Shown piece after piece: positions 19,458-28,796 of a DNA stretch of 64,000 nt; position 1 is the first letter of the stretch; each line of letters starts with the position of its first letter. The stretch lies in NCBI GenBank assembly GCA_963666115.2, contig CAXXET010000007.1, forward strand, positions 160,001-224,000, given 5' to 3'. Below the pieces are notes generated by a model. It was given only the letters and a program-made list of their open reading frames with translations, ran no database searches and was not told where the DNA came from. The stretch comes from Dehalococcoidia bacterium. Its GTDB lineage: Bacteria > Chloroflexota > Dehalococcoidia > UBA6926. A program made the position numbers and the translations under genes.

Positions 19458-20849
19458 CTACCAGGCCCGCGGCTCCTCTGATTCCCGTACGATGGCGGGC
19501 ACCGTCACCTCACCGATTTGCACCTCGGATCGGAAGACCTGCCCCTCCTTCTGTTCCCACGCCGGCACTAATGGCACCAGCTTGGCGAATATGATGAGCA
19601 GCATCGCCACCATCCCGAACGACGCAAGAACGATCACGCTCTCCGTCAGGCTCGGGACATAGTTCGCCCATAAGAACGTCAACTCCTGTTTCCGTTCGAT
19701 GGCCGGGATGATGAGGAAGAACCTCTCCAACCACATGCCGATGTTGACCAGGATCGACGTCCAGAACATCAACGCGATGTTCCGGCGGACCTTCCGGTTC
19801 AACCATAACGGTATCGGTATCACGTATGAGGTCAGCACCATGATGATCGTGATGGCGTTGAACGGCCACTCCAGCAGCCGTCGCTCCATCACCGCGACCT
19901 CCTGCTCCTCCCGCGTGTAGAAGGAGAAGGCGAAGTCCAGGAAGAAGAAGAACAGCCACGCCGTCGCGATGAAGATCAGCAGACGGCCAACCGCGTCGAA
20001 ATGATCCTCCCAGATGAAGTTTTCAAGCTTGAATATCCAGCGCATGAACGCCATCAGCGTCAGCACCATCGACACGCCGGAATGCACCGCGCCGATGACG
20101 AAGTACGGCGCGTAGACCGTCACGTGCCACGCCGGCACCACGGACGCGGCGAAGTCCCATGACACGATGCTGTGGACGGACACGAACACCGGGAGGATCA
20201 GCGCGGACATCAGGATGCCGAAGATGCCCTGAAGCTGCCACTGCCGCGGCGTGCCGCGCCAGCCCATCGCCAGCATTCCGTAGATCGTCCGCCGCATCCC
20301 CGTGCTCTGGTCGCGGATGATCGCGAAGTCGGGAATCAGCGCCGTGAACACGAACAGGATGCTGCCCGTCAGGTACGTCGTGATGGCGACCGGGTCCCAC
20401 ACCAGCGGCGAGCGAACGTCCGGCCACACGCCCCGCGTAAAGTCGTACGGCAGCAGCCAGTAGATGATGCGCCACGGACGCCCCGCGTGAATCACAGGGT
20501 GAATAAGCGATGTGACGAGCGCGAAGACCGTCATCACCTCCGCCGCGCGCGTGATTGGGCGTTTCCATTCCGCCTGCGTCAACCGCAGGATGGATGAGAT
20601 CATCGTTCCGGCGTGGCTCACGCCGATCCAGAACACGAAGTTGACGATGAAGAATCCCCAGAACGCCGGACGCTGTAGGCCCGTGATCCACAGTCCCTGC
20701 CAGATCAAAATCGTGACGGCGACCGCCCCCGCCATAACGAGGATGAACGGCGGCAGGAAGGCCAGCACGTGCCGCCTCCGCAGTTCGAAAACCGGCCAGA
20801 GCAACTCGTCGTTGATCTGGCTGGCCGTCAGGACCGGTCGATCTCGCAT
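19458..20849 (-). CDS. actC: ACIII quinol-binding NrfD-family subunit
   Basis: WGFFIVNFVFWIGVSHAGTMIS, RAAEVMT, HAGRPW, SPLVWD, VHSIVSWDFA, PYFVIGA and IGMWLERF motifs. Confidence 0.92.
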   Translation of the reverse strand: MRDRPVLTASQINDELLWPVFELRRRHVLAFLPPFILVMAGAVAVTILIWQGLWITGLQRPAFWGFFIVNFVFWIGVSHAGTMISSILRLTQAEWKRPITRAAEVMTVFALVTSLIHPVIHAGRPWRIIYWLLPYDFTRGVWPDVRSPLVWDPVAITTYLTGSILFVFTALIPDFAIIRDQSTGMRRTIYGMLAMGWRGTPRQWQLQGIFGILMSALILPVFVSVHSIVSWDFAASVVPAWHVTVYAPYFVIGAVHSGVSMVLTLMAFMRWIFKLENFIWEDHFDAVGRLLIFIATAWLFFFFLDFAFSFYTREEQEVAVMERRLLEWPFNAITIIMVLTSYVIPIPLWLNRKVRRNIALMFWTSILVNIGMWLERFFLIIPAIERKQELTFLWANYVPSLTESVIVLASFGMVAMLLIIFAKLVPLVPAWEQKEGQVFRSEVQIGEVTVPAIVRESEEPRAW

Positions 20850-20864
20850 TACCTCGTCTCTCCG

Positions 20865-22268
20865 CTAGTCCGGCTTCGCCACAACATGCGCGTGTCCAAC
20901 ACCGAATGGCCTCACCACGCGCAGCAGCAGCGCTTCCCGCGTCTCCCAGAGGGACACGAACGGCGCAACCCGCGAGGCCAACAGGATCATTAGGGCAACC
21001 GCGGACAACATTCCGGCAAACACCAGGATTTCAAGAATGCCCGGGTAGCCGATGTTGTGCGGAATCTCGTGCAGCTCGTGGCCGCCGACTTGCTCGATTG
21101 ACCACGTATTCACGTAGATGCGGAGCCTGTCAAAGAAGTTGCCGATGATGATGATCACGCCCACCACGGCCGGCCCGAGAATACTTCGCCGCACCGGGTT
21201 CCACATGATCAGCAGGAATGCCGTGATGAACGACAGCCCGATGGCGCCCACGAACATCCAGAGCTGTGGACGCGCCAGTAAGTTTTCAACCGCCGGGTCT
21301 CCGAACGCCAGGAGCGCGAGAATCTGCTGCTCATGCGGCAAGCGTCCGTACCAGAACAGGATGAATCCGCTCCAGAAGAAATAGAACCAGAACAGCGTCA
21401 ACGCCAGCAACAGCCGCCCGTACGCCCAGAACTGCTCAAGCTCGAAATAGCGCGCCAGACCGCCCCACTTGCGCAGCGCGTACTGCACGACGATGAACAG
21501 TCCGAGTCCCATCTGCAGGCCGGTCACGGCGTGGAACGCGGGGAAGATCGGATCCTTCCAGCCCGGCGTCAGCACCATCGCGTAATCCGTCGCGAACACC
21601 ATGTGCGTTGTGGCATACGCGGCGATGTACATCGCGCCGAGGATGCCCAGCGCCGACTTGTGCATCGCCCACTGCTGAGCCGTGCCGATCCACCCGTAGG
21701 CGAGCGATGACGCGATGCCGCGCGTGCGCCCGCTGCCATGATCGCGCACAGCCGCCAGATCCGGCAGCACGGAGACGTACAGGAATATCAGCCCGATGCA
21801 GACGAACGTAGTCAGCATCAGCAGGTCCGGGAACCACGGGGCCAGCCGCCAGTCCATCCACAGACTGTTGCGCCCCTCCAGGCCCGGGTGCGCGGCCATG
21901 ATCGGCAGGTAGAACACCAACATGACGGGGCCGGCGAGCGCAAACAGCTCTGCCGCCCTGCTCGTGGGGCGGCGCCACTGCGCCCGGGCGAACCGCAGGC
22001 CAATGGCCGCCATCGGGATGCCCATCACCAGCGAGAACACGTAGAAATATGCGACGGCGTAGTACTTCCACCGCGTATGGTCGTCCAGGCCGCCGAGCAT
22101 CATGAGGATCGCAGCCGCAACCCCCAGGGTTGTGATCGCGGCGAGAATCCACATCGCGCGGCGCATGCGCGGGCCGGTCTCCCGCGCGTCGTGGATGAGC
22201 TCTTGTGTCAGCTCGTCCTGTGTCGCGGGAGGCCCGGGCGCCTCATGACCGTTGTGGGTGTTCTGCAT
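20865..22268 (-). CDS. Second, divergent NrfD-family subunit (ActF-like)
   Basis: WRRPTSRAAEL, LPDLAAVRD, LAYGWIGT and PGW...FP motifs; polytopic paralogue of ActC lacking the HxGRPW motif. Confidence 0.75.
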   Translation of the reverse strand: MQNTHNGHEAPGPPATQDELTQELIHDARETGPRMRRAMWILAAITTLGVAAAILMMLGGLDDHTRWKYYAVAYFYVFSLVMGIPMAAIGLRFARAQWRRPTSRAAELFALAGPVMLVFYLPIMAAHPGLEGRNSLWMDWRLAPWFPDLLMLTTFVCIGLIFLYVSVLPDLAAVRDHGSGRTRGIASSLAYGWIGTAQQWAMHKSALGILGAMYIAAYATTHMVFATDYAMVLTPGWKDPIFPAFHAVTGLQMGLGLFIVVQYALRKWGGLARYFELEQFWAYGRLLLALTLFWFYFFWSGFILFWYGRLPHEQQILALLAFGDPAVENLLARPQLWMFVGAIGLSFITAFLLIMWNPVRRSILGPAVVGVIIIIGNFFDRLRIYVNTWSIEQVGGHELHEIPHNIGYPGILEILVFAGMLSAVALMILLASRVAPFVSLWETREALLLRVVRPFGVGHAHVVAKPD

Positions 22269-22277
22269 CCTCTTCCC

Positions 22278-23015
22278 TCAGTGGGCCGCTTCCGCCATCT
22301 CGTCCGAACCCGCCTTTGACGTGGCGACGCCCTTGAGATAGCGAACGTTCGGCTCCGTCCCGATGGCCCCCTGCAGCGTGTACGCCCTCGCTTCGTCCGC
22401 AAATTTCTGCGAAACGCGGCTATTCGGATCATTCAAATTCCCAAACGTAAGCGCGTCCGTCGGGCACGCCTGCTCGCACGCCGTCATGAAGTGATCCGGC
22501 GCGCTCGTCCCCGTGCGCTTCGCGATGCGAACCGCCGCGTTGATGCGCTGGATGCAGAAGGTGCACTTCTCCATGATTCCGCGCTCGCGCACGGTCACGT
22601 CCGGATTCAGGTAGTTGTGGAACGTCGCCGGCCACGTCGGGCGGCGATAGTTGAAGAAACGGGCATGGTACGGGCAGTTGTTGGCGCAGTAGCGGGTGCC
22701 GACGCAGCGGTTGTACACCTGCACGTTGAGGCCGGCGGGATTGTGGTACGTCGCGTAGACGGGGCACACAGGCTCGCACGGCGCGTTTCCGCAATGCTGG
22801 CAGAGCACCGGCAGGAAGTAGGCGTGGACATTCGGATACTCGCCCTCCCAGTAGCGCTCGATGCGAATCCAGGCAATTGCACGCCGCTCCGTAAAGTCGC
22901 GCTCCAGGTTGATGGGAAGGTTGTTCTCAGCAGCGCAGGCGATCACACACGCCTGGCAACCCGTGCAGGCGTCGATATCGACCGCCATGCCCCACTTGTA
23001 GTCTGACATTGTCAT
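22278..23015 (-). CDS. ACIII/Qrc iron-sulfur subunit (ActB2 / NrfC-like)
   Basis: CTGCQACVIAC, CQHCGNAPCEPVCP, RCVGTRYCANNCPY, MEKCTFC and CEQACP motifs. Confidence 0.93.
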   Translation of the reverse strand: MTMSDYKWGMAVDIDACTGCQACVIACAAENNLPINLERDFTERRAIAWIRIERYWEGEYPNVHAYFLPVLCQHCGNAPCEPVCPVYATYHNPAGLNVQVYNRCVGTRYCANNCPYHARFFNYRRPTWPATFHNYLNPDVTVRERGIMEKCTFCIQRINAAVRIAKRTGTSAPDHFMTACEQACPTDALTFGNLNDPNSRVSQKFADEARAYTLQGAIGTEPNVRYLKGVATSKAGSDEMAEAAH

Positions 23016-23042
23016 CGCGCTATTCTCCGTCGCCCTTCCTGC

Positions 23043-25295
23043 TTAGGTGTACTCCAACTGAATGATATGCGTGCCCTCGAGTTGTTGTCCCGTAAAGCCG
23101 CCCTCCATGCGCGCCATGCGCATGCGGCGGCCGAGCGGCCGGATTGTGACTGTTGTCGCGCCCCAGGCCTGGGAGCCCGTGCCCTTGACTTCAATATCTT
23201 CGAGCACCGTATTCACGTTGCCGTCTGGGTTGTCAGCGTAACGCCCTGAGAATGACCTGCCGCGTCCGAACGGAACGGCAACCACGTTGGGCGGAATGCC
23301 GGGATGGAGATACACCGGAACCTCGACCGCGCCGCTGGCGGATTCCAGGGCAACCAGATCACCGTCACGCAAGCCCAGGCGCGCAGCCTCTCGATTATTC
23401 ACTTCCACCCAACTGTGCCACACCATCGACGTGACGGGGTCGGGAGCGGATTGGATCCAGGGCAGGTGTCCGCTGCTGCCGTCGCCGACGGTGGCGCTGG
23501 CGAACGGAATCAGGTGATAGCGGTCTGTATGCTCGGCTACACGCTCCGGCATGGCGGCCAGGGCAGGGCTCAGGTCAAATGACGGTCGTTCCCAGATCGT
23601 TACGCCGCGGCCGGCGATGTTCCACCAGCCGCCGCGCTGCAGCACGCCCGTCGTAAATGCTGCCAGCGTCGAACCCTGCACGGAACCCCGGCCGCGATTC
23701 ATGGCGTGCAGGTCCGCCAACGCATTCAGCACCACCTGCTCCATGCTGTCGCCGCGCGTCTTCCGGTTCATACCGCGACTCCGCATTAGTGAGATCAACA
23801 CGTCGCCCATCGCTCGAGAGTCGTACACGGCGCGCCGCGAACTGTCCAGGAGGGGCGCGGCAACCGGCTGTTGCACTGTGAGCACCTCATAGCCCGGACC
23901 GGGATTGGGCACATCCGTCCCCCAGGATTCCAGGTAATGCTGATCGGGAAGGATGAGGTCGGCCATTGCCGTCGTCTCGTTCGGTTCGGACGAGAAACTG
24001 ACGACGTTTCGAGCGCGGCTCAGGGCCTGCCCAAACTTGAGGCTGGCCAGCGCATGAACGGGATTCGCTCCATCGACAAGCACAAGGTCAATATCGCCGC
24101 GATCAAGCCGGTCGCGAACCGCCCGCCACTCAGAATATGTCGTCGGACTCGGCAGTCCCTGGAGTTCCGGCAACGACGGCCCTGTATTGAATTGCACGCC
24201 GCCCCGCCGGCCGACACTGCCAAGAACACCATTGAGGATCATGCCTGCTTTGGCGTTGAAAAGGCCGTTCGTTTGGGCTGCGGCGGAACTTCCGACCAGC
24301 ACGACCGTTGGGCCGTGCGCTGCGAGGCCGTGCGCGATGTCCGTGATCTTTTCGCCAGTCAACACGCCGGGCGTTGCGCCCAGTTGATCCGCAATCACGT
24401 CGGGGCGATACGGGGCAAGCGCCACCACGCCCTGGCCATTCGTCATGGCATTGACGGTGGCCTCATCGGCAAGTCCCTCATGGGCGAGAACGTACGCAAT
24501 GCTAAGAGCCAGGATGCCCTCGCGTCCAGGCGCAATAGGCAGCCACGTGTCCGCGTTCGCGGCGGTCATGGAAAAGCGGGGGCTTGCATGGACGTGCGTC
24601 CCCCGGCTCCTGCCCTCTCCACGGCGGAAGTGGCCGTAGGCCTTGTTGTAGTGAACCGGCGCAAGCCATGACTCAAGGAAATCGGCTCCAATTGAGAGCA
24701 CGGAACCGGCATTCGCAATGTCAAAGAAGGGGAGCCTGTCCTGGCCGAACACATCTTTGGCAGCCTGCCGGATGGCGGCGTTTTCAAGCGGCTCCAACTC
24801 CAGGTGCTGGATGCCGGAACCCTCCGCGAATTCGTGGGTCACCGCCCCGAGATGGCCCCGGTTTGGGCGCGTGATCAGGAGGGTGCGAGACGCATTCGCC
24901 TCGTTCAGCAGGGCATCGAGGCGGGCAAGTCCGCCGGCCCACGTCGTCTGCCGACCACTCTCCATGGGGCCGCTGAACCTGTCAGGATGGTAAAGCGATT
25001 GCACGCCGGCCAGGCAGCCGGCCAACAGTCCGCCCCGATTGAGCGGATGATCCGGGTTGCCCTCGATCTTCTTGGCCCGGCCTTCTGCGACACGCACGAG
25101 GATGCCGCAGCCTTCGTTGCAGCACGTGCACGACGTGGCGTACATGTCCTCAAGTCCCTGGGCGAGGTCCTCAGGCAGATCGCGCGGGCTCTGCTTGATG
25201 AGTTCCCGCTCGGGAATGGCGCAACCCGCAAAGAGGACACCGGCCACTGAAGTGGCTCCGGCTACCCTCAGAAAGTCCCGCCTTGTCAGGTCCAT
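23043..25295 (-). CDS. Molybdopterin-oxidoreductase-fold subunit (ActB1 / QrcB-like) with Tat lipoprotein signal
   Basis: TRRDFL Tat motif plus FAGC lipobox; CxxCxxxC, KIEGNPDHP, LYHPDR, PRFSMTAANAD, ADLILP.....ESWG motifs. Confidence 0.9.
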   Translation of the reverse strand: MDLTRRDFLRVAGATSVAGVLFAGCAIPERELIKQSPRDLPEDLAQGLEDMYATSCTCCNEGCGILVRVAEGRAKKIEGNPDHPLNRGGLLAGCLAGVQSLYHPDRFSGPMESGRQTTWAGGLARLDALLNEANASRTLLITRPNRGHLGAVTHEFAEGSGIQHLELEPLENAAIRQAAKDVFGQDRLPFFDIANAGSVLSIGADFLESWLAPVHYNKAYGHFRRGEGRSRGTHVHASPRFSMTAANADTWLPIAPGREGILALSIAYVLAHEGLADEATVNAMTNGQGVVALAPYRPDVIADQLGATPGVLTGEKITDIAHGLAAHGPTVVLVGSSAAAQTNGLFNAKAGMILNGVLGSVGRRGGVQFNTGPSLPELQGLPSPTTYSEWRAVRDRLDRGDIDLVLVDGANPVHALASLKFGQALSRARNVVSFSSEPNETTAMADLILPDQHYLESWGTDVPNPGPGYEVLTVQQPVAAPLLDSSRRAVYDSRAMGDVLISLMRSRGMNRKTRGDSMEQVVLNALADLHAMNRGRGSVQGSTLAAFTTGVLQRGGWWNIAGRGVTIWERPSFDLSPALAAMPERVAEHTDRYHLIPFASATVGDGSSGHLPWIQSAPDPVTSMVWHSWVEVNNREAARLGLRDGDLVALESASGAVEVPVYLHPGIPPNVVAVPFGRGRSFSGRYADNPDGNVNTVLEDIEVKGTGSQAWGATTVTIRPLGRRMRMARMEGGFTGQQLEGTHIIQLEYT

Positions 25296-25330
25296 CTCGC
25301 CTTATCCGTCCGTTTCTCTCGTCAGTTCCC

Positions 25331-25873
25331 TCAAGAGTGACACGTGGAGCACGTGGTCGGCGCGCTGTTTTCCTTGTGGCAGCCGACGCAGTCTCCCATC
25401 TTGAGAATCCTTACCTGTTCAACCTGTCTCATGCTTCCCACGTCGCCGTGACATTCGGAACACTCAAACCCGGCCGTAATGTGGGGCTCATGTCGAAATT
25501 GCGTGTGGTCGGGGAGTCGATGCTGGCGCACCCAATTGAGGGGCTCCCCGGATTCCCACGCGGCGCGCAACGGCTCAAGATTGGGATTGTTGGTCGCGAC
25601 GGTCTTGTGGCAGAACATGCACTGTTCCACCGACGGCACAGTCGCCGTTCGCGACGTGTCTGCTGCCCGGTGGCAAAACTCGCATTCGATGGCAAGGGAG
25701 TTCACGTGCTGGTCATGGGGGAACTCCATTTCGTTCTCCGGCACGGAATAGACGGCGCCAAGCGCGGCGGTTCCGCCGGAAAACGCGATGATTCCGACAA
25801 CGATCAGGGCAAGGGGGATTGCAATGAGCACTCCGATTAGACGGAGTGGCAGGGCCCCTACTCGCTGTCGCAT
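25331..25873 (-). CDS. actA: ACIII pentaheme cytochrome c
   Basis: N-terminal TM anchor and five CxxCH motifs (CEFCH, CMFCH, CSECH, CVGCH, CSTCH); LPDH..F.H..H. Confidence 0.9.
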   Translation of the reverse strand: MRQRVGALPLRLIGVLIAIPLALIVVGIIAFSGGTAALGAVYSVPENEMEFPHDQHVNSLAIECEFCHRAADTSRTATVPSVEQCMFCHKTVATNNPNLEPLRAAWESGEPLNWVRQHRLPDHTQFRHEPHITAGFECSECHGDVGSMRQVEQVRILKMGDCVGCHKENSAPTTCSTCHS

Positions 25874-25892
25874 CTGAACGAACGCCCCGTTC

Positions 25893-26192
<300 letters not shown>

Positions 26193-26219
26193 GGATTAGG
26201 CACTCCCCAGGCAGGATTT

Positions 26220-26271
26220 TTGTGATACGCATCAATACGAAACGGTACACGCCGCCAAGAGTCGGTGTCAA
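26220..26271 (-). promoter_or_regulatory. Probable ACIII promoter (-35 TTGACA) with a downstream Crp/Fnr/Rex-like box
   Basis: TTGACA on the minus strand at 26266-26271; TTGAT-GCGT-ATCAC at 26222-26235. Confidence 0.45.
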
Positions 26272-26374
26272 TCCCCATTTCGGACGCGCCGAGAGCCGTT
26301 AAGCGCGTGCCCACCACGCGGACGGCAGGCGCGGGGAGTTGTGCCAAAATTCACACAGTAGAATCGAAATGGGT

Positions 26375-26743
26375 TCAGACCCAGAACGGGGGGCGGCGCA
26401 CAGACTCGACGTACATGCCGAGCGGCCTCCCGCCCAGGAGATGAAGGTGCGCGTGGGGCTGCGATTGCATGCCGTCCTCGCCGAAATTGGAGAGGATACG
26501 GAATCCGCCCGGCGCGTGCTGCTTGCCAAGCTCGACAGCGAGCGCCGATGCGCGCTCCATGTCCTCCTTCCAGAACTGCTCCTGCGTCTTGTGTTCTTTC
26601 GGGACGATGAGCAGTTGAACCGGCAGCCAGCGCAGGTGGTTGCGAAAGACGATCAGGGTCTCGTCCTCATACCAGATTTCGGCCGGTTCGCGGCCGGCGA
26701 TGATTTCACAGAAAACGCAGTAGGTTGGCGCAGCACCCGTCAT
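26375..26743 (-). CDS. HIT (histidine triad) family protein
   Basis: CVFCEII and Q..PHAHLHLLGGR motifs. Confidence 0.92.
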   Translation of the reverse strand: MTGAAPTYCVFCEIIAGREPAEIWYEDETLIVFRNHLRWLPVQLLIVPKEHKTQEQFWKEDMERASALAVELGKQHAPGGFRILSNFGEDGMQSQPHAHLHLLGGRPLGMYVESVRRPPFWV

Positions 26744-26752
26744 GCGACAAGT

Positions 26753-28174
26753 CTAACCGTGGACGCGCCGCGACCGCGACTCAGACATGGGCTGCGTGAC
26801 GTTGCGCCGCAGCAAGTAGTTGGGCACATCGATGTTAAAGGCGATGCTGAAACGCGGGTCGGCCAAGCGCGACGCTATACGGGGCTCATCCTGCGCCAGT
26901 TCATCGAGGGAGATGTTCATGGTCACGACGGTCGCGAGCCGCGCGTTGTAGCGGTAGTTGATGATCTGATACAGCTTCTCCTGCGCCCATGATGTCGTGG
27001 CATGCGCGCCCAAATCGTCAAGGGTCAGCAGTGGAATCGTCCTGACTCCCTCAAACAGTTCGTCATAGGAAACATCGCTTTGCGGGCCAAATGTGTACCG
27101 CAAGTGATCCAGCAAGTCCGGCACAACGACGAACAGTGTTGCGATCCCATTGGCGCGGCAGTGATTGGCGATGGCGGCGGCAAGGTGCGTCTTGCCCACG
27201 CCGTTGTCGCCGGTGAAAACAAGCCACCCGTCAGGCTGTTCCGCATAGCTCTGCGATGTCTTGATGGCTCCCTCAAGGCTCTGGCGTTGATGGCGGTCCA
27301 GGGAGTCATATTTCCGCGGATCGAAGTTCGCAAAGTCCATATCGGCGAAGCGCGGGAGGTCCAACGCGTCCGTCGCGCGGAGGCGGCTGCTGACTGCGCC
27401 GGTCGCGAGGACAGTCGCCACTCCCGGAGAGGTGAGCCTGCTGAGGAGCTGCGGTTCTATTTCCATGAGGGGTCTGCTGAGCGTAACGACGGTCGGGCGG
27501 CGCTCGATGAATCGCTGGTTCAAGACCTGAAAGAGCTTTTCCCGCGCCCACGGTGTTGCGGATTGAACGCCGAGGTCGTCCAGGATGAGCAGCGGCGCTT
27601 CCTTCACCTGCTCAAAGAGGGAGTCAAACGGTGTCTCAGCGTTCGGGGCGTATGCGGCACGCAGATAGTCAAGGAAATCCGGAACGGATACGAGCAAGGC
27701 AGGCAACCCATGGTGGATGGCGTCATTGGCGACGGCGGCAGCGAGACGGGTCTTTCCGCTGCCGGCGGGGCCGTGGAGGACGAGCCAGCCGTCCAGATCG
27801 GAGGCATATTTTCTGGCCCCGGCCAGCGCATCGGCATACGTGCCATGCCTCTCATTGCCAACCGACCGTTCCACTTCGGACTGCAGGGATTCAAAGGTAA
27901 CGTGGGCAAATGGCTCAAGCTGCCCATAGCGTTGCAGGCGGCGGAATCGCTCACTCTTGAGCTCTTCCGCGCGGCACACGCAGGGAATGAGCTTGCCGAA
28001 GTCCGGGTCGTCAAGGGGCAGTTCCCGGCTGACCCACCCCAAGCCGTCGCAGACGGGGCAGCGTTCGGCGTCCGGGACCGCGTCACGTTTGGGGACGTCA
28101 GCGCCAGCGGACGACCTGGCCGTATTCTCCTCCGCGATAGCGGTCCTTCGCAGGACGTCGCTGAGTCGTTCCAT
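26753..28174 (-). CDS. DnaC/IstB-like helicase loader with tandem AAA+ domains
   Basis: CPVC...CVC zinc motif; two Walker A (GPAGSGKT, GDNGVGKT) and two Walker B (LDDLG) motifs. Confidence 0.88.
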   Translation of the reverse strand: MERLSDVLRRTAIAEENTARSSAGADVPKRDAVPDAERCPVCDGLGWVSRELPLDDPDFGKLIPCVCRAEELKSERFRRLQRYGQLEPFAHVTFESLQSEVERSVGNERHGTYADALAGARKYASDLDGWLVLHGPAGSGKTRLAAAVANDAIHHGLPALLVSVPDFLDYLRAAYAPNAETPFDSLFEQVKEAPLLILDDLGVQSATPWAREKLFQVLNQRFIERRPTVVTLSRPLMEIEPQLLSRLTSPGVATVLATGAVSSRLRATDALDLPRFADMDFANFDPRKYDSLDRHQRQSLEGAIKTSQSYAEQPDGWLVFTGDNGVGKTHLAAAIANHCRANGIATLFVVVPDLLDHLRYTFGPQSDVSYDELFEGVRTIPLLTLDDLGAHATTSWAQEKLYQIINYRYNARLATVVTMNISLDELAQDEPRIASRLADPRFSIAFNIDVPNYLLRRNVTQPMSESRSRRVHG

Positions 28175-28781
28175 CTCCCCTACCCCTGTCTCTCCAGTTG
28201 CGAAGAATCGAGCGCACGTACGCCCAACGCCGCGCGTTCTGCGCTGCCGCTTCCTGAAAGGCCTCACGTATCCAGGCGGCTGGATATTCCTGCTCCGTCT
28301 CCGAAAGTTCCTGCGCGATGCCCGCTCCCGGAATCGGACCGATCGTGTCTTCGTAGAGCCGGAATATCTCGCCGGGCTGCGAGGACGGCTCCTCCGTTCG
28401 GGCTCTCACCCTCTTTGGCGACAATACGGCATCACCGGCCATGACCCGTTCGGCGGCCCGCCGTCCCTCAGAGTCATTCACAAAATACGCCGCGTCTCCA
28501 TCTTCGAGCCCAACTTCGAGGAACACGCCGGCGCGCACAAAGTCGGCCATGACAACAGCGCCGTCTGTCAGTTCCGTGAGTTCAGGCGCACCAGCCAGTT
28601 CACGAGCGGTGACGAAGCGAATTGCGCCCTTGCGGCTGCGGATGCGGCGCAGGACAACGAGGAATAGCTTGATCTCCTCGACGCTTGTCAGGCACGGGAG
28701 AATCTCCGCAAAGAACGCCTCCGGAACCGGAGTGGCCTGTGTGGGTGTGGGAAAGCCCTGAAAGGCGTCAATGTCACGCAT
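28098..28781 (-). CDS. DnaD domain protein
   Basis: IFRLYE..IG, WIREAFQEA and W.YVRSILRNW DnaD signature; lies between dnaB and the loader. Confidence 0.85.
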   Translation of the reverse strand: MRDIDAFQGFPTPTQATPVPEAFFAEILPCLTSVEEIKLFLVVLRRIRSRKGAIRFVTARELAGAPELTELTDGAVVMADFVRAGVFLEVGLEDGDAAYFVNDSEGRRAAERVMAGDAVLSPKRVRARTEEPSSQPGEIFRLYEDTIGPIPGAGIAQELSETEQEYPAAWIREAFQEAAAQNARRWAYVRSILRNWRDRGRGDGTTQRRPAKDRYRGGEYGQVVRWR

Positions 28782-28796
28782 GGCGGCTTGCTCGGC

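Noticed and set aside
26753-28174. IstB-like ATPase suggesting an IS21 element or prophage replication module
   Set aside because: There is no IstA transposase, terminal repeat or phage gene, and it lies in the rplI-dnaB-dnaD housekeeping run.
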